Positions 56,104-64,000 of a stretch of DNA of 64,000 nt are shown one piece after another. Source of the DNA: a virus; IMG/VR virus record IMGVR_UViG_3300017987_000015, positions 4,965 through 68,964 of that record. One strand, 5' to 3'. The notes beneath the pieces are model-generated. The model did not search any database and was not told where the DNA came from. It saw only the letters and a list, made by a program, of their open reading frames with translations. Both the position numbers and the translations under genes were made by a program. Each line of letters opens with the position of its first letter. Positions within the stretch are counted from its first letter, which is position 1.

Positions 56104-56694
56104 ATGCCCATCTACTCGTATGAGATTGGAGAGGAATTCTCGGCCACAGGGCAAGCCACGTCCTCAGCCGCTTCCAAGGCTGTGGTTGGAAATGGCTCAT
56201 CTTTTGAATCGGAATTCGCGGCCGGCTACTTGATAATCATCTCTGGAGAGACCAGGGTTGTGGATGCTGTAACGGACGACACCCACCTGTCAGTCACAGA
56301 GAATTTCACTACGGGCTCGGGGGGAGATGTTAGTTTCACCGGTGCCAATCTGGTAAATCTGGAATCTCTGAGCACTGCGGTCAATCCCCCCAGGTCATCA
56401 TTTAAGGAATACTCGCAGAGGGTAGGCCTGGGGGATGGGAAGATCAGAGGGTTGGGGTGGGCCACGGCCAATTGGCGGTGGGGATTCCTATCCCAGGCGG
56501 AAAGGAACAAATTGAGGACCTTCTGCACCGGAGCATCGAACCGGGTGTACATCCGTACCAGAAAGAACGACTCCAGCGATGCATACAATTACTATGAAGC
56601 TGTGATGGTCTGGGGCGAGGAGGAGAGGGACCACAGCATCAGATTGGACTTCGAGCTTGTGTTCAGGGATTTGTCTTTGGTGGAGGTGTCCTGA
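56104..56694 (+). CDS. Distal tail protein-like
   Basis: Directly after the tape measure. Confidence 0.55.
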   Translation: MPIYSYEIGEEFSATGQATSSAASKAVVGNGSSFESEFAAGYLIIISGETRVVDAVTDDTHLSVTENFTTGSGGDVSFTGANLVNLESLSTAVNPPRSSFKEYSQRVGLGDGKIRGLGWATANWRWGFLSQAERNKLRTFCTGASNRVYIRTRKNDSSDAYNYYEAVMVWGEEERDHSIRLDFELVFRDLSLVEVS

Positions 56695-59600
56695 TGGCGC
56701 GGGCTCTCACAGCAGGGGAGTTGGCCAGTCTGCGATCGGACGGGCAGCACTCTCGGCTATATCTAGCAGTCCCGGACTTCGAGACTGTGCTTGAAAGAAG
56801 GCTGAACGGCACTCCCTCGTCTGATGATAAGGCTGTGCAAATTACCTATGACGACCCAGACGGGGGGACTGGGGCATACGGCGATGTTGAGGCCGGCATG
56901 ACACTCCTAGTAAGTGCTGAGGGCTACGGGGAATGGGAGAAGGGGATCTGTCGGATCCGAAAATCCCCAACTTCGGATACGATCTATATTGGGGAGATCT
57001 CGGACGTAGACTGGGCAGATAACGACTACCTGACTGTTCTTAGAGAGTTTGGGCTGTGGCCGCGTCACAACTACATCGACTCTGGCGGCACCAACTATAT
57101 GGATTATGATGTGGCCTTTGATGATCCCTCAGAGAACCCGCATGAGTATCCAGAACCGGTGCCCATCCTCGGCCCTGATGCTGTGGGTTGGTTGGAATCG
57201 GGAACCGTTGATATCCGCCTGGATGCCACAGACAGCTATTCGGTTGGTGGAGGCTCCATCAGCAGCTACTCTTGGTCGATAGAGCCATCTGCCAATACCT
57301 CTTTCGACAACTCCTCCTCTGGAACTCCAGTGCTGACGATCACTGCAGCCGGCACGTACATCGTAAAATGCACTGTCACCTGGGACTACGGTGGGGGGCA
57401 TACCGTATCGAAATCTGGATACCGGACGGCGTTCATAGATGACCCTCTATCTATACAATCAACCACTTATTTCAATCTGAGCAACTGTTCAGGCGATTAC
57501 AGCGCCGGGGGTTGGAGCTTTAGTGTAACCCTGTACGATGAGGCCCTGACATCTGAGATCAGAGACCGGGGGCGCATCATTCTCTTCGCCAGAGACTGGT
57601 ACGGCGATACAGAAGAGAGCATCGGCCCCATTAAGCCGGGCAGCTACACCCTGAGGGAAAACGTAATAGCGATGGGCTGGGTAGCCGGAGAATCGATTGA
57701 ATGGAACCCGGAACAGGGCAGTGTCAGCTTCGATGTTCAGGGCCCCCATTATTGGTTGGGAAAGATGGAAGGATTTCCCGGAGGAATAGAGGATGCTGCC
57801 TCTACCCCCGCTGCCTGGACAGAGATGTCGGATCTGACTGTACAGAAAGGGGCGTGGCATTTCCTAAACTGGCGCACTACCCTGTTGGCAGTCACCGATG
57901 CCTTTATCTTCCCTGACGCTCAGCTAGATGGGTCGGCTTTTTCTACAGAAGAGCGCCAAATAGCAGTCTATGATTCATCTCCAGGGACCCTGTGGAGCAA
58001 ACTAAACACAGAGCCGTGGAATGCGGTCAGAGCTAAGCCCTGCTTCGATCGATACGGCCGTCTATTCCTTCAGAGGGATGCCAATGAATTGCCCTCAGCA
58101 GACAGGTCATCGATCCCAACGGTACAAACATTGAGCACTCAAGATTGGAGGGGTAAAGTAGACATAGAGCGGGTGACTATACCTCCGGTCGGCCTGCTGG
58201 ACTTGTCTGGGGTGGGATACAAAGACGCCTCGGGGAGTGCACTGTTTAGCCTATCCCCAGGCCATGTGTTCAAACGATACGGGCGCACAGAGACTATAGA
58301 CAGATTGGCCCTATGGCCGGGGGCGTCCGCCCAGACTCTAGCCAATGCTCTTTGTGGCGTGATATTGGGAAAGATGAACAATGAGTATCCCAGGCTGACC
58401 TTCCCATTGGCTAGCAATCACAGGTGCTTCGATATATGCCCTTGGCAGTACGCCTCTGTTACTCTGTCTGCCAATGACACGCCGCGGGGAGTTTCTTGGT
58501 CTGCTGAACTGATCCCCCGACGAGTAACCTTCCAGTACGATGCCGGTACGGGCATGCTACTAACAGATGTAGACTTCGAGGCAAGTACAGAAGTAGCGAG
58601 TGGAATAGACGGAGACCCTCCGCCTGATCCGCCTGATCCGCCTGATCCGCCTGATCCGCCTGATCCGCCTGATATTCCTACTCCACCCGATGCCACACAC
58701 GCAGTTCTGGCATATGTTCACGACATGCTTGGGCTAAGTACAGATTTCTTCGACGAAACAGACCCATCCTGGACGGACGTGTCATCTGGGATCACCGGTG
58801 ACGTCAAAAAAGTAGTAGTAGGATCAGAAGGCCAGGCCTACGCAACCAGCTCCGATGGGGTATGGTACTGTTCTGATATTCTAGGAGTTAGCCCATCCTG
58901 GTCCCAGATCAAATCGCGAGCGTCGATGAGAAGCGAGACAGGGGATGCTGCTGGCGATTGTCTGTCTCTGGAGTTGAGCTCTTCTGGAACGATATACCTG
59001 GCATGGCATATTGGTTCGTATGCCCTAGGCGGCTATTGGTACGGCGGGTCTGGCGGCATTTCCTTTGAGAGATGGGCGGCTTACGATCCCCCAGGACCCG
59101 CAAGCAATTGTCAGATGAGTACCTCGAACAATCGCTCTACTTGGGGTATCTACCCTGATGCAGAGAATGTCTGGATAGCATGCGGGGGCGGCAGCTGCGG
59201 CTATGCGGCCTATTGGAAAGAAGGCGGCGGGTACACCCAAATAGACCCAAACCACGATCTTGGGTCCCAGACAGCGGCGAGTGTTTTAGATGGGTATGCG
59301 GTTACTTGGGAGGGATGGATCTGGACAGAGGCATCGGGGTACCTGACCAGATGGTCGGAATCTATCCAGTGTAAGCCCGCATACCGAGTGGACCAAGCAG
59401 GCGGATCTCTACTGTTTGCAAGTCCTGACACTGGGAAACTATATCTAGACACCTCAGAGATAGCCACAGCTTCAAGTCTATTCGACTATGATTACGGTGG
59501 TGTCCCGGCCTTTGTGAGGGGTGGTGATGAGATCATCTGGGTGGCCCGGGATAGTCGAACTGATGGAGACACCTTGATCGTGTGGTCAGACGACCAATTC

Positions 59601-59717
59601 ACTACGTACGTAGACAAGACAGGAGATTGGTGGACCTCTTGTGGAGCATGGGGTGGGGCCACCGGGTCCAGTGGGGACCAGGGGAATGCCGTGGCAATAG
59701 CGATTGAGATTCAATGA
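56694..59717 (+). CDS. Tail tip/baseplate hub protein with a PKD-like domain, Pro-Pro-Asp linker and beta-propeller-like C-terminus
   Basis: LDATDSY...ISSYSW...AGTYIVKCTVT; position in the tail module. Confidence 0.7.
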   Translation: MARALTAGELASLRSDGQHSRLYLAVPDFETVLERRLNGTPSSDDKAVQITYDDPDGGTGAYGDVEAGMTLLVSAEGYGEWEKGICRIRKSPTSDTIYIGEISDVDWADNDYLTVLREFGLWPRHNYIDSGGTNYMDYDVAFDDPSENPHEYPEPVPILGPDAVGWLESGTVDIRLDATDSYSVGGGSISSYSWSIEPSANTSFDNSSSGTPVLTITAAGTYIVKCTVTWDYGGGHTVSKSGYRTAFIDDPLSIQSTTYFNLSNCSGDYSAGGWSFSVTLYDEALTSEIRDRGRIILFARDWYGDTEESIGPIKPGSYTLRENVIAMGWVAGESIEWNPEQGSVSFDVQGPHYWLGKMEGFPGGIEDAASTPAAWTEMSDLTVQKGAWHFLNWRTTLLAVTDAFIFPDAQLDGSAFSTEERQIAVYDSSPGTLWSKLNTEPWNAVRAKPCFDRYGRLFLQRDANELPSADRSSIPTVQTLSTQDWRGKVDIERVTIPPVGLLDLSGVGYKDASGSALFSLSPGHVFKRYGRTETIDRLALWPGASAQTLANALCGVILGKMNNEYPRLTFPLASNHRCFDICPWQYASVTLSANDTPRGVSWSAELIPRRVTFQYDAGTGMLLTDVDFEASTEVASGIDGDPPPDPPDPPDPPDPPDPPDIPTPPDATHAVLAYVHDMLGLSTDFFDETDPSWTDVSSGITGDVKKVVVGSEGQAYATSSDGVWYCSDILGVSPSWSQIKSRASMRSETGDAAGDCLSLELSSSGTIYLAWHIGSYALGGYWYGGSGGISFERWAAYDPPGPASNCQMSTSNNRSTWGIYPDAENVWIACGGGSCGYAAYWKEGGGYTQIDPNHDLGSQTAASVLDGYAVTWEGWIWTEASGYLTRWSESIQCKPAYRVDQAGGSLLFASPDTGKLYLDTSEIATASSLFDYDYGGVPAFVRGGDEIIWVARDSRTDGDTLIVWSDDQFTTYVDKTGDWWTSCGAWGGATGSSGDQGNAVAIAIEIQ
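58620..58673 (+). repeat. Perfect tandem repeat (CCGCCTGAT)x6 encoding (PPD)6
   Basis: Read directly from the sequence. Confidence 0.95.
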
Positions 59718-59727
59718 AGGTGATTGG

Positions 59728-60657
59728 ATGCCCATTACTGTAGGATCATTGAGAGAGCGTCTAGCAGCCATGCTGGACGAGAAGCAGCCGAGGCAGAGGG
59801 CGATGGCCGGTCTTTTAGGCCGTGTATCCGATGAGCAAGTAGAGGTCACTACCCGACCGGGATATGTCTATGTCAGGATGGGTAATGCAGAAACACTGGG
59901 GCAGGTGAGGAATAAGCGGGTCCCTAATACTTACAATCTGCCTGTCTACGTTGGAGTGGATCCGGTATCCAGGGAGGTCGAGATCCTGGGCATCCGACAG
60001 GGGGCATACATCAAGGCTGGGTATGATGCGATACCAGAGATCGAGCCCCACGCTTCCACTCACCAATGGCCATCAGTCGGGGACAGCAGTGCAAATGGAA
60101 GTGATGCAGTACACATCCATTGGCGTCAGATACGTGGTCTGCGGGTCACGATCGTCAGTGGATTCACTGTAAAGGCCGGAGGGGCTCCTCTGTACAGAGA
60201 GGGAACCGGTTGGACGTGGATACCTGAACAGAATCTCGACTTAACCGACCTAAAGCCGACAACTGGGGCTAAGTATGCGCTGGTATACCTGGATGCGGAC
60301 GGCGTGCTGCAGTACAGAGAGGGAACCCGGGTTTTCCCATCAACTGATATCGACATATCTGATTGTCCATCCCCCACCACTGATGAGATTCCTCTTGCCG
60401 CGGTAATGCTCACTGGGGCTCAATCGCAAATCAGAGAAACTAGAGACGCCCAGGACATCGTGGACCTTCGATTTCCGCAGACTACCTTGGCCCAGTCAAT
60501 AGTGACAGTCGGCCAGCTAGCTGCGGTAGAGAGTGAACTCGATTATGATATCACCCGGCTGCTGATGGATGCTCTACCCAAAGCTGTCACGGCACTTCAG
60601 GCAGAAGTAGAAGCGGAATTGGATTATGCATTGACCAGGCACGTAGTGGAGGGATAA
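59728..60657 (+). CDS. Minor tail protein
   Basis: Tail module position; IPLAAV...I.D.R motif. Confidence 0.55.
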   Translation: MPITVGSLRERLAAMLDEKQPRQRAMAGLLGRVSDEQVEVTTRPGYVYVRMGNAETLGQVRNKRVPNTYNLPVYVGVDPVSREVEILGIRQGAYIKAGYDAIPEIEPHASTHQWPSVGDSSANGSDAVHIHWRQIRGLRVTIVSGFTVKAGGAPLYREGTGWTWIPEQNLDLTDLKPTTGAKYALVYLDADGVLQYREGTRVFPSTDIDISDCPSPTTDEIPLAAVMLTGAQSQIRETRDAQDIVDLRFPQTTLAQSIVTVGQLAAVESELDYDITRLLMDALPKAVTALQAEVEAELDYALTRHVVEG

Positions 60658-60661
60658 AGCA

Positions 60662-61294
60662 ATGTCTTTTGGCAACACACAGAAAGATGGGAGTGGCACC
60701 TCGTATTGGCTCCTGCAGGATAGCGACGGCCGGCTGTTGGTCTCGGGGGCTGCGGCCGAGGATGCCGCTGTCGACGGATACCCAGTGCTGACCGGTGGCA
60801 GATACGACTCAACCAACCGTGATCTCGATGATGGGGATGTGGGGGCCATGGCTCTGAACGCTGACGCCCAAATAATTGTGGATGACGGCTGGAGCCCCAG
60901 CTTGCAGGCGGATGAAACCGAAGACGATAGCGACAAAACGTTCACCGTTCCTGCCAGCACCCGTTGGCGCATCCAATCTATCTGGGTGGAGTATGCCTCC
61001 TCAGCGGACGCCGGAGATCGACAGCTCTGTATCGAGATCCAAGATGACAGCTCCGATGTCATCTTGCAAGTCCGACCCGGTCAGACCCAGGCAGCCTCTG
61101 AAACCAGGTACTATGCCCTCGCCCCCCACATCACTGAGTTGGCCGCTTTCAGGGATACCGATTACCTATCTACCATCCTCCCGAGTCTGGAGCTCGGGGC
61201 AGGCTATGTCGTTCGAGTTTACGACAATAACGCAGTTGCGGCTGCAGCGGACGACATGGTAATTCAGATGCTGGTGGAGGCCAGGACTGTCTAA
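60662..61294 (+). CDS. Minor tail/virion protein
   Basis: Acidic, beta-rich, in the tail module. Confidence 0.5.
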   Translation: MSFGNTQKDGSGTSYWLLQDSDGRLLVSGAAAEDAAVDGYPVLTGGRYDSTNRDLDDGDVGAMALNADAQIIVDDGWSPSLQADETEDDSDKTFTVPASTRWRIQSIWVEYASSADAGDRQLCIEIQDDSSDVILQVRPGQTQAASETRYYALAPHITELAAFRDTDYLSTILPSLELGAGYVVRVYDNNAVAAAADDMVIQMLVEARTV

Positions 61295-61297
61295 ACA

Positions 61298-62896
61298 ATG
61301 ACCACCAACCACCACCCACGCAGGTATTACATCGGCACTACAGCAGAACGCACTGCGCTGTCTCCCCCATCCGATGCACAGGGGACCCACTTCTTTGATA
61401 CCGATCTTAGTGTCCAGTTTTATTGGACGGGCTCCACCTGGAAATCGTATGGGACATCGGTACCCAATCACGATCACAGTGGGGACGCGGGGGATGGCGG
61501 CCAGTTTGCTGGCATCGATGCCCTAACAGACCTGACAACCGGAGATGGCGCAAACGGCGTAGTAAGGACGGATGCCAACAAGGGGATCCACCCGGCCCGT
61601 CTTGGAGTGGGGGCTGCCGTTCCGGACAGAGATGGGGTTGTCGCCATGGCGGAGACCTCCGACCCCACATCTGGCGGTGCTGGGTTGGCCAGGCTGTTCT
61701 TCAAGAATGCCGGCGGCCAGACCCAGCTCTATTTCATGGGGGACCAGGGTTCTGTCTACCAAATCCAGGGCATTGCCGAAGACGTTACTGTCACAGTTGG
61801 CGGCACTGGTGACTTCGCCACGATCCAGGGTGCCGTTGATTGGTTCAAGTCCTGGGTTATCAAGGGCGATTGCGTCATTGATGCGGACGCGGGTGCCTAC
61901 GACGAGGCTGTCAGCTTTGCCGACCTGCTTATTTGTCCTGGCTCGACGCTCACGCTGCAAGGCGATGATGAGCACGCCTTAGCTGGAATCACCTACGTCG
62001 ATGGCGCTGAAATGAACCAGTCAGGTGTTGCCAATGGTGGCGATGGCACATGCGCGCTTGCCACCAATGGCGCGCGCGACCAGATTACCATCACTGGCAC
62101 GGTTGCCAACCCGGACTTTGATGCAGACGGCTGGGCCAATGGTGACGAGATTATAGTCTATGCAGATGATGGCAACATTTATGAAAGGACAATTAACAGC
62201 ATTGACCCAGGAGGCGCAGGCACCAATGTTATAGAAGTCACAGCCGCGCTTCCAGTTGGGGCAACACTTGGCAACGATGCTACAGCGGTTGGACTAAAGC
62301 CGAGTTGGGGAATTGAGCGAACGGCAGCAGGCTATTGCGTCACGGCAACGGGTAACGGTGTCATCCTAAGCGGATGGTATCTGGAGCCGCACACTGGCGC
62401 TGATTGCACGGGGATTCACATCACGACTCGCGGCTCACTGACAATTGAAAACACTCTAATCTATGCAGAGGACCATGGCATCAGAATTGAGCCTGAATGC
62501 AGTTGTGTGCAACCATCTGACAGAGAGGGGCCAATTTCGGTATGGTCGGGCGATCGTGGCATGTATGTGGTTGGTGGCGCATTCGAGCTTTATTATCTCA
62601 TCTGCATTGGCGGCAATTATGGCATTCGCGCGCAGAACTTCGCAAACGCCATTACCTACAAAGCAATTTTTGCGAATCAGGCCAGTTATGGCATTTACTG
62701 TCAGTATCATACAAATGGTTATGTAGTCAATGGCACAGCAAGGCAGATCGCTGGCACGGCGTACTATGCGCATGGCAATAGTGCCATTGCTGCGAACAAC
62801 ACAAACGCGAACAATAATAATCCTGCTGGTACAGACTACAATCCAGCGGTATCTTGCACGCCTGGCAACTGTGGCGCTGTGATTCAGTGGAGCTAG
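61298..62896 (+). CDS. Tail fibre/spike with a beta-helix-like C-terminus
   Basis: HDH motif, TVGGTGDFATIQGAVD...GAYDE, GI/YGI repeats. Confidence 0.75.
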   Translation: MTTNHHPRRYYIGTTAERTALSPPSDAQGTHFFDTDLSVQFYWTGSTWKSYGTSVPNHDHSGDAGDGGQFAGIDALTDLTTGDGANGVVRTDANKGIHPARLGVGAAVPDRDGVVAMAETSDPTSGGAGLARLFFKNAGGQTQLYFMGDQGSVYQIQGIAEDVTVTVGGTGDFATIQGAVDWFKSWVIKGDCVIDADAGAYDEAVSFADLLICPGSTLTLQGDDEHALAGITYVDGAEMNQSGVANGGDGTCALATNGARDQITITGTVANPDFDADGWANGDEIIVYADDGNIYERTINSIDPGGAGTNVIEVTAALPVGATLGNDATAVGLKPSWGIERTAAGYCVTATGNGVILSGWYLEPHTGADCTGIHITTRGSLTIENTLIYAEDHGIRIEPECSCVQPSDREGPISVWSGDRGMYVVGGAFELYYLICIGGNYGIRAQNFANAITYKAIFANQASYGIYCQYHTNGYVVNGTARQIAGTAYYAHGNSAIAANNTNANNNNPAGTDYNPAVSCTPGNCGAVIQWS

Positions 62897-62899
62897 TCA

Positions 62900-63259
62900 A
62901 TGTGGATTATTGTGCGCAAGTCAGATAATATTGTGGTTGGCACGCAGAGAGAGATTGACCCCACGCCATATTGGGACGCTGAGAAATTCGAGGTTAAAGA
63001 GTATCATGGTTGCTGTGCCAAGATTGGCGAAATTGACCCAACGCTTGACGACCCCGATTGGCAAATCTTGGCAAATTCACGTGTAGATTTTGACGCACTG
63101 GCAGACAAAGCAGACAATGAAGTGGCGCGGCTTGAGAACGCTATACCGCAAATTGAGGCTGCCAGCCTAGATGAACTGCGCACGCTGCTACAAAGACTGG
63201 CGCGCCAGAACCTAGAGCAAATCAAGGCCTGGCGCTATTTATTTAGGAGATTGACATGA
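62900..63259 (+). CDS. Tail fibre-associated chaperone-like protein
   Basis: Small ORF directly after the fibre with the same composition. Confidence 0.5.
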   Translation: MWIIVRKSDNIVVGTQREIDPTPYWDAEKFEVKEYHGCCAKIGEIDPTLDDPDWQILANSRVDFDALADKADNEVARLENAIPQIEAASLDELRTLLQRLARQNLEQIKAWRYLFRRLT

Positions 63260-63330
63260 ACTTACTAGAGAATGGCAGATTTGAGACAGATTGGTCAGAA
63301 GAAAAAAGCCACGATTGTGCCGCCAACTAG
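63256..63330 (+). pseudogene. Truncated remnant resembling the N-terminus of the 30658 lysin-like gene
   Basis: AGGAGA RBS; MNLLENGRFETDWSEEKSHDCAAN* versus DYLENPGFNVPWEAEESHRY. Confidence 0.5.
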
Positions 63331-63468
63331 ACAATCAATCTGCTTGCACTGCAATAGCACTTGTGCCCGGCGGAGGCAATGATGCACAACTGCGAGGATT
63401 TTCTCTCCAATTTTCCACTACCAGGGCAGTCTACACCAGAAGAAGCAGGCACTGCGGGCAGTGGGACG

Positions 63469-63963
63469 TCATTGTGATCCGATGCCGTCTTTAGGTCCCC
63501 ATGCCGACACCCAGCCGGCCGTCTCTCTTCTGGCAATCGTTCTGAGCATAGGGGCCAGACTGTCCCAAGGATCGTCTGTTAGCATCCTGGGGTGCACCCG
63601 GAAAAAGACCCACCCCTGCATCTGGGCCGCATTGGCCTTTCGGATATCGTTGAGTATTCCTCGGATTGAGCCGTGCGCTTGACCGGTGAAGATGCCCCCC
63701 TCACATTCGACAATTACTCCGGATAAAGGCCAGGCGAAGTCGGCTAAATATCTGCGGGTGGGAATAAAAGGAAACTGCGACAGGGGGCCTCTGGGGGCCC
63801 ATCCCTTTACAACTAGGGTGCTGGATGTCAGTTTCCAGATGGTCCAGAAGTGTGCCTCTAGATTGGTCTGCTGGCCAGCCGGCCTGGGCCGGGGTTCTCT
63901 CAACGGGGGCAGTTTGTGCATATTGCGCGCCAAGGCCAACTGCAGGTGGTTCCTTCCTACCAC
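63469..63963 (-). CDS. PD-(D/E)xK endonuclease (DUF559/Vsr-like)
   Basis: RRYLADFAW...VECEGG...H...D..KANAAQ..GW.FFR; start uncertain. Confidence 0.75.
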   Translation of the reverse strand: MVGRNHLQLALARNMHKLPPLREPRPRPAGQQTNLEAHFWTIWKLTSSTLVVKGWAPRGPLSQFPFIPTRRYLADFAWPLSGVIVECEGGIFTGQAHGSIRGILNDIRKANAAQMQGWVFFRVHPRMLTDDPWDSLAPMLRTIARRETAGWVSAWGPKDGIGSQ

Positions 63964-64000
63964 TCTGGCATTGCTCTCAAGGGAGACCTCTTCGGCTTTA

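Noticed and set aside
61298-63330. Diversity-generating retroelement or invertible fibre cassette
   Set aside because: No reverse transcriptase, template/variable repeat pair or invertase was seen.
1-64000. Integrated prophage with att sites and host genes
   Set aside because: No integrase, repressor or host housekeeping flank was recognised, and both ends are phage-like minus-strand genes. Lifestyle cannot be determined from this window.
1-64000. Apparent abundance of GATC, CGATCG and GGGCCC palindromes as evidence of protected DNA
   Set aside because: This is an impression only; observed/expected k-mer counts are needed and could not be run.

Overview
This window is most of the genome of a tailed dsDNA phage (Caudoviricetes, siphovirus-like, GC-rich). 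A Chloroflexota/Anaerolineae-type host is a weak inference from protein types. Positions ~1-22950 are a minus-strand early/replication arm. It carries a nucleotide-modification cluster (NDT-like protein, DUF1599/Nmad1-like protein, divergent PurA/PurZ-family synthetase), a TopoVI-A/Spo11-like protein, two DNA methyltransferases, a family A DNA polymerase and many small hypothetical genes, with three copies of a conserved promoter-operator element. Positions ~23100-63330 are a plus-strand arm: HTH and MazG-like genes, a consensus sigma70 promoter, terminase, lysis genes, a portal-MuF fusion, a protease-scaffold-capsid fusion, neck, tail tube, frameshifted tail chaperone, tape measure, tail tip and fibre. 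A minus-strand endonuclease closes the window. Two candidate novel systems stand out. (1) About 15 small non-structural genes interleaved in the virion module share recurring leader peptides ending in hydrophobic-Lys|Ala/Gly/Ser. The same motif punctuates the capsid precursor, suggesting prohead-protease-processed, capsid-packaged cargo proteins and polyproteins. (2) The PurA/PurZ-like enzyme keeps the catalytic Asp but has lost the aspartate-binding loop, hinting at an unknown purine modification. No integrase, tRNA, rRNA or CRISPR array was seen. All family calls come from reading motifs by eye, not from database searches.
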